Below, one piece after another: positions 9,056 to 18,104 of a DNA stretch of 56,042 nucleotides; the first letter of the stretch is position 1, and each line of letters starts with the position of its first letter. The position numbers were made by a program, and so were the translations under genes. The notes under the pieces were generated by a model. It worked only from the letters and a program-made list of their open reading frames with translations. It had not been told where the DNA came from and did not search any database. The stretch covers positions 1-56,042 of the forward strand of contig VFJJ01000063.1 in NCBI GenBank assembly GCA_009886115.1, written 5' to 3'. Source of the DNA: Actinomycetota bacterium. Lineage in GTDB: Bacteria > Actinomycetota > Acidimicrobiia > IMCC26256 > VFJJ01.

Positions 9056-10329
9056 TGATCGGCCAGCGGGGCGTGCCGGCCACCCATGGCGGCGTCGAGC
9101 ACCACGTGGAGGAGATCGGCAGCCGCCTCGCCGACCGCGGCCACGACGTGACGGTGTTCTGCCGGACGAACTACGTCGAAGAGGGCCGCCGGCGGCATCG
9201 CGGGATGCGCATCGTGCGGGTACCCACGATCGGTACCAAGCACCTCGACGCCATCGTGCACAGCGGTCTCTCGACCGTCGCCGGTGCGCTCGCCCGGGCC
9301 GACATCTACCACTTCCACGCGCTCGGCCCCGGCCTGTTCACCCCGGTCCCCCGGCTGCTCGGGCGGGCCAAGGTGATCCAGACGATCCACGGCCTCGACC
9401 ACGAGCGCTCGAAATGGGGTGGCCTGGCTCAGCAGGTGCTCAAGACCGGCGCCGAGTTCTCGTATCGCGTGCCCCATGCCGTGGTTGCGGTCTCGCGAGC
9501 CCTCGCCGCGCACTACCGGGCGAACTCGTCGGTGCCGATCGCCTACGTGCCCAACGGCGCTCCGAGCCCGCGGCACCGGCCGCCGGGACCGGTGCTGGCC
9601 GAGCTGGGTCTCGAAGCGGGACGGTACGCGCTCTTCGTCGGGCGGCTGGTGCCCGAGAAGGCCCCCGATGCGCTGGTGCAGGCCTTCGCCCGACTCGAGA
9701 CCGACCAGAAGCTCGTGATCGTCGGGGGGAGCTCCTTCACCGACGGGTACGTGGAGTCGCTCGAACGGATGGCCGCGGCCGACCCCCGTTGCGTGATGGC
9801 CGGATGGCGTTTCGGTGAGGACCTCGACGAGCTGTACTCCAACGCCGGGCTGTTCGTGCTGCCCTCGCTGCTCGAAGGTCTGCCGCTCACGTTGCTCGAG
9901 GCCGCGTCGTTCGGGCTGCCGATCATCGCCAGCTCGATCCCCCCGCACGTCGAGGTCCTCAGGCATGCCGGCCCCGGGCGTCGTCTGGTCGAGCCCGGCG
10001 ACGTCGACGCGCTCGCGGCCGAGATCACCCAGGCGATGGCCGACCCCCGGGCCGAACGACTCGGCGCGACGGAGCTCCGGGCCGAGGTGTGCGAGCACTA
10101 CGACTGGGACCTCGTCACCGACGCCACCGAGGATCTCTACCAGCGGGTGATCGAGGGGCGGCCGCTGGGTCGGCCGGGCACGCTCTACGACAACGTGGTG
10201 CTGCGCCGACGACCCGAGACCATCGAGCTCGTCCAGCGGATCGGCGTGCCTGTCGGTGCGACGCCGATCCGGTGGTCACCCGCGTCGCCGGATCGCGATC
10301 ATCCCGCCGCGGCGAGCGCAGTGGCGTAG
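9043..10329 (+). CDS. GT4 glycosyltransferase
   Basis: MRIVMIGQRGVPA.HGGVE, FVGRLVPEK, LPSLLEGLPLTLLEAAS; GAGGAG RBS. Confidence 0.92.
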   Translation: MRIVMIGQRGVPATHGGVEHHVEEIGSRLADRGHDVTVFCRTNYVEEGRRRHRGMRIVRVPTIGTKHLDAIVHSGLSTVAGALARADIYHFHALGPGLFTPVPRLLGRAKVIQTIHGLDHERSKWGGLAQQVLKTGAEFSYRVPHAVVAVSRALAAHYRANSSVPIAYVPNGAPSPRHRPPGPVLAELGLEAGRYALFVGRLVPEKAPDALVQAFARLETDQKLVIVGGSSFTDGYVESLERMAAADPRCVMAGWRFGEDLDELYSNAGLFVLPSLLEGLPLTLLEAASFGLPIIASSIPPHVEVLRHAGPGRRLVEPGDVDALAAEITQAMADPRAERLGATELRAEVCEHYDWDLVTDATEDLYQRVIEGRPLGRPGTLYDNVVLRRRPETIELVQRIGVPVGATPIRWSPASPDRDHPAAASAVA

Positions 10330-11567
10330 ATGCCGTCGAGCTCGTCGAGGTGGCGGTCACGGGCGAAGCGTCCGACCGCCACCGCTCGGGCTCGCGCACC
10401 CATGCCTCGGGCGCGCTCGGGATCCTCGAGCAGCATCGTGATGGCTCGGGCCAGTTCCTCGGGGTCGTTCGGCGGAACGAGCAGCCCGGTCGAGCCGTCC
10501 TCGACGAGGTCGGGAAGCCCTCCCAGCGTCGTGGCGATCACGGGTACGCCACAGGCGAACGCCTCGAGGACGATGATCGGCTGGTTCTCGTGCCACACGG
10601 ACGGGACCGCCACGGCCCTCGCCGATCGGATGAGGGCGTGGACCGCTGCTCGATCGAGTCGACCACGCCAGCTCACCCGTCCCGGCGCGATCCGCGCGGC
10701 CCGTTCCTCGAGCTCGGCCCGCAACGGCCCGTCACCGGCGATCACGAGACGCGCTTCGGGTCCAGCCTGGGCGATGGCGTCGATGAGGACGCCGACCCCC
10801 TTCTCGCTGGCGATCCGCCCGGCGAAGACGATCGGGCCATCGTCGGGTGTGCTCGGTCGGATGATCCCGGCCCGGAGGCCGATGTCGGTGTCGGTGTCGA
10901 TGTCGATGTCGACGAAGTGGTCGAGCACCTTGATCCGCTCGGCGGCGAAGCCGGCCGCCAGCATCCGCTCGGCCAGGAAACGACTCGGACAGATGAGGGT
11001 CGAGGCGTGACCGTACGCGCCGAGCGCCCGGTGCACCGTCGACTCAACCGCCAGCGTGAGGCTCGCGCCAAGCGATCCGTCCTTGCAGCGCATGGTGATC
11101 GCGTGGCGGAACGAGCTGCCGACGCAGCGCTCACAGATCGATCCGCCCGCGAGCAGCTGGTACGAGGGGCAGATCAGCTTGTAGTCGTGGAGGGTCATCA
11201 CGGTGGGGACTCCCGCTCGCCGGAGCGCCCACAGCACCGACGGTGAGAGCTGGTGGTACACGTTGTGGAGATGGGCGACGTCAGGTCGGAAGCGATCGAC
11301 GACAGCCCCGATGCCGTCGCTCGACGACTTCGACCACAGCATCCGTCCCGTCGCCCGGGCCTTGCCGATCGCCGAGCGCGGCGCCGGTTCGAGCTCGATG
11401 TGATCGGGGAACCAGGAGTCGTACTCGAACGGCGGGTTTTCGGGATGGTCCATCCCGAAGAACGCGATGTCATGGCCCCGGCTCGCCTGAGCATGGGCGA
11501 CGTCGAGCATGTACGCCTCGGCGCCGCCTTTTCGGTAGAGGAACTTGTTGACGTGGAGGATCCTCAT
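10299..11567 (-). CDS. GT4 glycosyltransferase (true start inside the long 10299..15275 ORF)
   Basis: MRILHVNKFLYRKGGAE, HLHNVYHQLSPS, TLHDYKLICP, GRIASEKG, PSVWHENQPIIVLEA. Its 3' end overlaps the convergent GT4 by 31 bp. Confidence 0.92.
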   Translation of the reverse strand: MRILHVNKFLYRKGGAEAYMLDVAHAQASRGHDIAFFGMDHPENPPFEYDSWFPDHIELEPAPRSAIGKARATGRMLWSKSSSDGIGAVVDRFRPDVAHLHNVYHQLSPSVLWALRRAGVPTVMTLHDYKLICPSYQLLAGGSICERCVGSSFRHAITMRCKDGSLGASLTLAVESTVHRALGAYGHASTLICPSRFLAERMLAAGFAAERIKVLDHFVDIDIDTDTDIGLRAGIIRPSTPDDGPIVFAGRIASEKGVGVLIDAIAQAGPEARLVIAGDGPLRAELEERAARIAPGRVSWRGRLDRAAVHALIRSARAVAVPSVWHENQPIIVLEAFACGVPVIATTLGGLPDLVEDGSTGLLVPPNDPEELARAITMLLEDPERARGMGARARAVAVGRFARDRHLDELDGIYATALAAAG

Positions 11568-11602
11568 GGCGCGGCGGCTCCGCTGGGCTGGGAAGGACGG
11601 GC

Positions 11603-14389
11603 TCACGACGCGACGGCCTCGAGGTCGATGGTTCGCCCGTGCGCGTCGCCTTCGAGGTCTTGGAGGTCGATGACCCCGGGGCCGGCGACGGGGGCTCGGG
11701 TGGCCTCGTCGGGCGGCGGCGTCAGAGCTGATCGTGGGACGAGCGCGTTGGCACAACAGGCGAACGCGGCGAGATACCAGACCACCGCAACCTGCGACAC
11801 CACGTTGGCCGCGATCGACAGCGTCACGAACGCCGTGATGCAGCCGGCGAACGCGACGACCACGGCCCGGTCGAACGCTCGCGCCGTTCGTGTGGCCCGC
11901 AGGGCCTCGCGAGCGCCGCGAACCAGGCTGTTCATGAACCACAGGTAGCCGAACAGCCCCACGACGCCGGTCTCGACGAAGATCCGGAGGAAGTCGTTGT
12001 GCGGTGCCTTGCCGGTCACGAGCTCCTCGGCCGTGGTGTCGAGGCCGATCCCCGTCACCGGGTTGGCGTCGGCGAGCTCGAGGACGTCGCCCCAGTACTC
12101 GAAGCGCCAGACCAAAGAGTTCCCTGCGGTGCCCGAGAGGTTGCGGGTGTCCTCGAGCTCGGTGAAGCGCGCCACCGTCGACGGCACCAGCAGCGCGATG
12201 GCGATGACGCTTCCGACCAGCACCACGAGCAGACCCCGAGAACGCCGCAGGACGGCCACCACCACGATCCCGAGGAACGTGGCGATCCAAGCGCCGCGGG
12301 CATAGGAGCTCACCAGCCCCACGGCACAGGCCGCGGTGGCCGCCACCAACGCAACACGGGCGACACCCCGCACCACCGGGGCCAGCGCGATCCCGGCGAT
12401 GACGAGAAACGCGAGATACATGGCGTACGGGTTGGGGTGCAAGAAGGTGCCCCGGACCCGGTCGATCGTGTCGATCTCGACCCGGCCCCGCCTTGTCACC
12501 TGCTGATGGATGCCGACGAGGACGGGGATGAAGGCAGAGACGTAGACGGCGACCAGGACCCGTGAGACACGCCGTCGATCGGCGAGGAGACGGTCGCAGG
12601 CCGCGAACATCATGACGATGGTGAGGATGCGCAGCGCTTCGACGGCGCTCGTCGACGGGTTCACCGAGCCGAGCACGCTCACCGACGATGCGGCCACGAA
12701 CGCCACCGCCCCCTTGGTCACCGGCCCGTACCGGTGTGGGTGGCCCATGGTCTGCACGGTGAGCCAGAGCAGGGTCGCGAGGATGAGCGCGAAGCCCGTC
12801 ACCGAGGCCGGGTCGAGCTGGCCGCTGCGCTGCGAGCCGATGATGTCGAGGCTGGCCCGGACCGCGAGCGCCCCGAGCACCACCACCTCGAAGCGCACGA
12901 GGGTCACCGCCACGGCCGCCGCGGCGAGGGCGCCGAGCGCCACGCCGAGCACCACGGTCGATGACGCCCGTCCGAGCCCGTAGCCGGCCCCGGCGGTGAC
13001 GAGCGCGGCGATCACGAGCGCGCCGGTGAGCATCCCCGAGCCCGCCACCGGTGGCCTCGGAGAGGGAGCGAACGTCGGACCGCCATCCACGCCCGGATCG
13101 ACTGCGGCTCCAGCGGGCACCCGTCCGCGCGTCGCCGTCGCTGTCGCTGGCGCGGTCGCCGGATGCTCCGCCAGGGCCCGGTCGAGCTGGCGCCAGAACA
13201 GCCCGGCGCCGATGGCGTTGGCCAAGGCCAGCCCCGTGAGGGCGCCCGTCGAGCCGGCGACGGCGGCTCCGACCACCCCGCCGACCACGGTGAGGGGCAC
13301 GATCGAGATGCGGGCCCGGAACGATCGTTGCGACTCGGCGGTGGCCCGCAAGCCCACCAGGGCCCCCGATGTGGCGCCGATGCCGGCCATGAGCGCGGCC
13401 TGCGGCACCAGGACGGGCTGGGCTTCGCGCCAGCTCGCACCGAGCAGCTCGACGCCGATCGAGTCGGGGATGACCATGGCCCCGAGCCCGCACGCGAAGG
13501 CCACCAGGGCCAACGATGCCGAGAGCCGGACGGCGTAGGGACGGAGCGCGTCGGGGTCGCGGTGCCAGATCCGGACCGCCTCGGGCGTGGCCACGAGGTT
13601 GGCCCCCAGCAACAGCACCTGGAGCGGGCCGAACAGCACCTGCGCGGCGCGGATCGCTCCCAGGGCCGAGAGCCCTCCCGTGATGCCGACCGCGGTGATC
13701 GCCAGCTGGCGAGCCCCGGCCCGGGCCACGAACTCCCCGCTGTAGTGCCGTCCCAGGTCCCACGTCGAGCGCAACCACGTCGCCGCCCTGGCGGGAGCGG
13801 GCCTGATGCCCGACTGGACGATTCCGGCCACCGCCGCGACCGATGCCGCTGCACCCCAGGCGGCCGTGAACCAGAACACCGTCCGGTGCCCCGATGCGAT
13901 CACGAGCGCTACGGAGCCGCCCTGGGCCGCGGCCCAGATGGCGTCGTTGGCCACGGCCCGAGCGGGACGGCCCTGGGCGAGGAACACTTCGCGCCAGGTG
14001 TCTTGGACCAGGAGGCCCGGGAGGCTCAGCCCGAGAGCGAGCAGGGCCGCGCCGGCGTTGCCGGCGACAATCCCGCCGACGACCGCGAACGGGCCGCCCA
14101 CGACGATGCCCAGCACGAGTGCGTACCCCGTCGCCTCGGCGATGGGCCGGTCGGCGCTGCCACCCCAGCCCAGGGTGGCGCTGAAGCGGACGATCAGGGG
14201 CTCGCCCGAGGTGGCCCGGGCCAGTCCCAGCACGAGCGTGTAGGCGAGAAACGCCAGTCCGAAGGCCCCGAAGCCGTCGGCGTCGAGCTGGCGGGCCACC
14301 AGCACGGCCAGCGCGAAGTTCGTGAGGCTCGAGAGGCACTGGTCGAGGATCGTCCATGCGCCCCGCCGCGTCGCCGGGGCCGGGCTCAC
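11603..14389 (-). CDS. Fused Wzx-like flippase + Wzy/WaaL-like (Wzy_C) polymerase/ligase, 928 aa
   Basis: GTGA-coupled start. N-half: LDQCLSSLTNFALAVLVARQL...FGAF plus many TMs. C-half: RVRGTFLHPN, SYARGAWI, SLVWRFEYW, PVTGIG, APHNDFLRIFVETGVVG. Confidence 0.8.
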   Translation of the reverse strand: MSPAPATRRGAWTILDQCLSSLTNFALAVLVARQLDADGFGAFGLAFLAYTLVLGLARATSGEPLIVRFSATLGWGGSADRPIAEATGYALVLGIVVGGPFAVVGGIVAGNAGAALLALGLSLPGLLVQDTWREVFLAQGRPARAVANDAIWAAAQGGSVALVIASGHRTVFWFTAAWGAAASVAAVAGIVQSGIRPAPARAATWLRSTWDLGRHYSGEFVARAGARQLAITAVGITGGLSALGAIRAAQVLFGPLQVLLLGANLVATPEAVRIWHRDPDALRPYAVRLSASLALVAFACGLGAMVIPDSIGVELLGASWREAQPVLVPQAALMAGIGATSGALVGLRATAESQRSFRARISIVPLTVVGGVVGAAVAGSTGALTGLALANAIGAGLFWRQLDRALAEHPATAPATATATRGRVPAGAAVDPGVDGGPTFAPSPRPPVAGSGMLTGALVIAALVTAGAGYGLGRASSTVVLGVALGALAAAAVAVTLVRFEVVVLGALAVRASLDIIGSQRSGQLDPASVTGFALILATLLWLTVQTMGHPHRYGPVTKGAVAFVAASSVSVLGSVNPSTSAVEALRILTIVMMFAACDRLLADRRRVSRVLVAVYVSAFIPVLVGIHQQVTRRGRVEIDTIDRVRGTFLHPNPYAMYLAFLVIAGIALAPVVRGVARVALVAATAACAVGLVSSYARGAWIATFLGIVVVAVLRRSRGLLVVLVGSVIAIALLVPSTVARFTELEDTRNLSGTAGNSLVWRFEYWGDVLELADANPVTGIGLDTTAEELVTGKAPHNDFLRIFVETGVVGLFGYLWFMNSLVRGAREALRATRTARAFDRAVVVAFAGCITAFVTLSIAANVVSQVAVVWYLAAFACCANALVPRSALTPPPDEATRAPVAGPGVIDLQDLEGDAHGRTIDLEAVAS

Positions 14390-15426
14390 GGCGTGCTCGC
14401 CCGGCCGACGACGCGGTTGGGGAGAGGGCCCGTGCCCGTTCGGTGGTCGATGGGTCGGGCGACGGTGCCCGCATCGATGGGTGCTTCGACGTCGCGGGTG
14501 GTGAGCGCCGGATCGTCGACCTCGTAACCGAGTCGGCGCAGGTGGACACGGAGCGACTCGTCGAGCAGCGCGCTCGCAGCGGGACCGAGGTCGCCGCGGA
14601 ACGCCGCGGTCCGGTCCGACGAGAAGCTGTGCCGGCCGAGCGCTCGCTCGAAGCCGACCGTCCAGGGTAGGCCGAGGAACTCCAGCATCCGGGCGAACGA
14701 CTCCCGCGGGGAATCGACGATGTCCTCGTAGCGCACCTCGAGCCAGCGGGCCTCGGGGATCTCGTCGCGAGCCGCGACGAAGGCGTCGAGCAGGAGCTTC
14801 CAGGCCAGGCCGGCGAGCAGCGTGTACGACCGTCCGCTCGACTCCCACTCGGCGGCCAGCGCCGGCGGGAGCGGCCCGAAGTGCCAACCCTCGGGGCCGT
14901 GATGCCCTCGCCACCAGGGCATCTGTACCCAGGAGTTGGCGACCGCCCGCCCGTCGCGCACCACATGGATGAAGCGCGCGCCCTCGAAGACCTCGTCGAG
15001 CAGGCCCACCCTGGGCCATCCCGTGAACTTGTGCAGGAGGAGATCACAGCCCTCGCGCTCGGCCACCGCTGCGAAGGAGCGGCGAAGGCGGTGGGCGATC
15101 CAGGGGGTCGCATCGCCGCGGCCGAGATCGCGTGACGGGTCGGACAGCATCGGCGAGATCTCGCGCTCGAGCAGCCGGTACCCCTCCGACGGGGCCAGGC
15201 GCACCCTGCCCTTGGTGGTCGCGCTCGGTGGCAAGCGCCGATAGAGGTCCGCCGCCAGGCGCTCGGCCCGACCACCGAGGCGGTACCGGTCCGACACGTT
15301 CGTGATGAAGGCCACGTCGCGGTGCCGGCTCAGCACCTCGTGCACCAGGGTCGAGCCGCACCGTCCGGTTCCGAGGACGAACGCCGTGCGCTGCCCGTCT
15401 TCGGGACGAGGTGAACGCCCGGTCAT
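14386..15426 (-). CDS. PAPS-dependent sulfotransferase
   Basis: GTGRCGST (5'-PSB), HVVRDGRAVANS (3'-PB), VRYEDIV; ATGA-coupled start. Confidence 0.9.
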   Translation of the reverse strand: MTGRSPRPEDGQRTAFVLGTGRCGSTLVHEVLSRHRDVAFITNVSDRYRLGGRAERLAADLYRRLPPSATTKGRVRLAPSEGYRLLEREISPMLSDPSRDLGRGDATPWIAHRLRRSFAAVAEREGCDLLLHKFTGWPRVGLLDEVFEGARFIHVVRDGRAVANSWVQMPWWRGHHGPEGWHFGPLPPALAAEWESSGRSYTLLAGLAWKLLLDAFVAARDEIPEARWLEVRYEDIVDSPRESFARMLEFLGLPWTVGFERALGRHSFSSDRTAAFRGDLGPAASALLDESLRVHLRRLGYEVDDPALTTRDVEAPIDAGTVARPIDHRTGTGPLPNRVVGRASTP

Positions 15427-16319
15427 GGATAGCCGTAGGTCGCCAGCTGCCCTGCCTGGTAGCTGTCGATGCGCTCGATCGTGTCGGGGTCGAGGCGCCG
15501 CTGCCAGTCCTCGTTGCGGTCGGGGTACGAGAGGCGGCTGAGCCGGTCTCGCCACGAGGGCATGGGGTCGAGACCACCCCAGGTCGCCACCTGTTCGAAC
15601 ACCCCGAGGGGATCCCGGGTGATCTCCTCGTAACGGACGCGCAGGACCTGCTGCGGCGGAACCCCGGCCAGGCCCTGCTCCATCGCCTGGCACTCCTCGA
15701 CCCAGTGGCGAGCCCGGAGCTCCCAGGGGTCACGTCCGAGACGGTCCCACGCCTGGGGCGTTCCGTCGTGCCACCACCACACCGGGAACGTCGGCCACCA
15801 GTCGACCTGGGCCAGCGACGCAGCGACGGCCCGGCCATCGCGGACGAGGGCCACGAAGCGGGCATCCGGGAACTCGTCGAGGAGACGGTCGACCCGGCGA
15901 TTGTGGTCGATGCGCTTGCTGATGACGACCCGGCCCCCGCTCCAGCGCTGGAGCTCGCGAAAGGTGCGCCGGACCGTGACCGCTGGCCGCCGGTCACCTG
16001 AGTCGGTCTCGTCGAGACCGAGGCCGCACCGGCGAAAGATCGGCTCGCCCTCGACCGGGGACGGAAACGCCCGTTCGAGCAGCCCTCGGCTGCGACCGTA
16101 GGAGTAGGCGTTGGAGTCGGGACCGAACCAGGCTGCGAGTTGCCGGTCAGGGGCAAATCGGATACCGCGATGGATGATCGCAACCGGTGCAAGCCCGGGA
16201 AAGCGACGAACCCAATTCGAGATGTATGCGGCACCCGGGTGCAGGCAGAGAACCTTGTAGAGCAGGCTCGTGCCCGAACGCGGCGCACCCAGGACGAACA
16301 GCGGTGTCTGCCGGCTCAT
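15423..16319 (-). CDS. PAPS-dependent sulfotransferase
   Basis: PLFVLGAPRSGTSLL, FPDARFVALVRDGRAVAAS, VRYEEITRDP. Confidence 0.9.
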   Translation of the reverse strand: MSRQTPLFVLGAPRSGTSLLYKVLCLHPGAAYISNWVRRFPGLAPVAIIHRGIRFAPDRQLAAWFGPDSNAYSYGRSRGLLERAFPSPVEGEPIFRRCGLGLDETDSGDRRPAVTVRRTFRELQRWSGGRVVISKRIDHNRRVDRLLDEFPDARFVALVRDGRAVAASLAQVDWWPTFPVWWWHDGTPQAWDRLGRDPWELRARHWVEECQAMEQGLAGVPPQQVLRVRYEEITRDPLGVFEQVATWGGLDPMPSWRDRLSRLSYPDRNEDWQRRLDPDTIERIDSYQAGQLATYGYP

Positions 16320-16458
16320 GACACCGCTCGCACGTCGCTCAACCTGGTCAACGTGGTCTTTCTTACGTTGGTCATGGCCCCCTGCGCTGGCCTCAGGCGC
16401 CGCTGCACGGCACGAACGTAGCCACAGACGCCGGGCCGGAGGCACTCGGTGCTCAGAC

Positions 16459-16524
16459 GTTCATGGAGCATCCAGCTGGTGTTCGGGCGTTGTTCATGCA
16501 ACGGTTCAGCGCCCTTCCTATCGT
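16459..16524 (+). promoter_or_regulatory. PHO-box-like 11-bp repeat array in the divergent promoter of the polysaccharide cluster
   Basis: GTTCAT at 16459, GTTCGG at 16481 and GTTCAT at 16492 are in 11-bp register; GTTCAG at 16504 is one base off. Confidence 0.4.
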
Positions 16525-16550
16525 CGAATGGTCCCGCATCAGGAGGTGTC

Positions 16551-18104
16551 GTGGAGATCTGGAGCCTGGTGCGCCGCAGACCGATGGTGGTCGCGCTGGC
16601 CCTCGTGCTCGCCCTGGTCGGGGGAGCAGCGGCATACCTGAGCGCCTCGTCGCGCCCGGAGTCGGTGCGCATCAGCGTCACCGTCCCCGTCCCCGGCGCC
16701 GAGGCCCAGACCTTGGGCAGCGTGGCCCAGGCCGTGGCCAGCTTCCAAGCCACCGTCACCTCCCCGCTGGTGATCCCCGGCGTCGTGACCGACACCGGCG
16801 TGCCGCAGGAGCGGTTGCAACGGGGCCTCTCCACCCGTCAGATCGGCGGGGCCGCGATCGTGCAGATCTCGTGGACGTCGCTGTCGGACGAGTCCGATCC
16901 GGCGATTCTCGAGTCGGTGAGTCGTCGGGCGCTCGAGTCGGCCTTCGCTCCGCAGCTGCGCATCGCGCGCAACGAGCTCGAGATGGCCGCCACCCGGGCG
17001 TTGGCGGCCACGGACGCGTTGAACGAGTTGTTCGACGAGACGGCCGTCGACCTGCCTCGGCAGGAGTACGAGGCCGCGGTGGCAGACGCAGCAGCACTGC
17101 GGGCGCTCATCGAGCGGACCGAGGTGAGCGGCGAGGGCGCGGTCATCGGTCTCGACGGCTCGACCGTCGACTACCTCGAGCCCATGCGGAACCGCTTGAT
17201 CGAGGCCCAGGCGCGAGTCGACGAGCTGGCTCCGATCCTGGCCCGCCATGAGGAGCTGTTCGACGATCGTGACTCGGCTGCTGCGGTGGCCGACGAGCGC
17301 CAGGCGGTCGTCGACGACCTCGAGGCGCGGCTCGATGCCGCGCAGGCTCAGGTCACCTCGGTCACCGCGCCGGTCGCGGTCTCGAACCGGGGCTTCCTCG
17401 TGATGCGCAGCGTCGGTGGCGCGCTCATCGGTCTGGCGTTCGGGGCCGTGGTGTTCGTGTCGTCAGGTCGGCGCCGTCGCCCGACGCCGGTGCTCATGAC
17501 CGATTCGACGGGTGTGGTCGACGACGCGGCGGCGGAGGAAGGACCTGCCGGGCTCGAACCGGCCAACGAGTCCGCTCCCGCTGGTCGGGATCTCAGGACG
17601 GTCGTGTTCCTGCCGACGCCGCCCCTGCCCGAGCTGGTGCCCGTGGTCGCCCTCGACGAAGACGACCGTCCGCTCCCCATGGTCATCGACCTCACGACCC
17701 ATCGCGTGTCGGCGACCGCGCAATGGGCCACCGACGGGGCCAACGGCACTGCTCGGAGGACCACGAACGGCACGAACGGCACCAACGGCACGAACGGCAC
17801 GAACGGCACCTACGGCACGAACGGTGCGGCTCACCGGGCCACGAACGGCACGAACGGTGCGGCTCACCGGGCCACCAACGGCACGAACGGTGCGGCTCAC
17901 CGGGCCACCAACGGCTCCCAGGGGTTCACAGCTGCTGACGGACCGCGTCCTGGTGACGCCGTGCCGGCGGCCGGTTCCGCATCCCGCCCCGCCGCCGAGC
18001 GGCCCGGCGACGTCGCCGATCTCGACGACGAGACGCAGGCGCTGGCCAACCTGGTCGCCTCCCTGGTGCGCCGCAGCGGAGGACCCCCCGATGGGCGCGA
18101 CTGA
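16551..18104 (+). CDS. Wzz/polysaccharide co-polymerase-like protein with low-complexity C-tail
   Basis: AGGAGG RBS before GTG 16551; WSLVRRR + TM1, coiled-coil region, TM2, then a disordered tail; lies within the cluster. Confidence 0.65.
   Translation: MEIWSLVRRRPMVVALALVLALVGGAAAYLSASSRPESVRISVTVPVPGAEAQTLGSVAQAVASFQATVTSPLVIPGVVTDTGVPQERLQRGLSTRQIGGAAIVQISWTSLSDESDPAILESVSRRALESAFAPQLRIARNELEMAATRALAATDALNELFDETAVDLPRQEYEAAVADAAALRALIERTEVSGEGAVIGLDGSTVDYLEPMRNRLIEAQARVDELAPILARHEELFDDRDSAAAVADERQAVVDDLEARLDAAQAQVTSVTAPVAVSNRGFLVMRSVGGALIGLAFGAVVFVSSGRRRRPTPVLMTDSTGVVDDAAAEEGPAGLEPANESAPAGRDLRTVVFLPTPPLPELVPVVALDEDDRPLPMVIDLTTHRVSATAQWATDGANGTARRTTNGTNGTNGTNGTNGTYGTNGAAHRATNGTNGAAHRATNGTNGAAHRATNGSQGFTAADGPRPGDAVPAAGSASRPAAERPGDVADLDDETQALANLVASLVRRSGGPPDGRD
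17740..17915 (+). repeat. Coding repeats: (ACGAACGGC)n encoding TNG, and a 36-bp unit encoding NGTNGAAHRAT x3
   Basis: Directly visible. Confidence 0.9.

Noticed and set aside
10299..15275. 1658-aa ORF as a single giant protein
   Set aside because: Only the last 422 aa are a GT4. The rest is an Arg/Gly/Pro-rich off-frame shadow of the real genes in high-GC DNA.
17740..17915. NGT repeats as N-glycosylation sequons
   Set aside because: They follow TM2 and are probably cytoplasmic; no N-oligosaccharyltransferase is seen.
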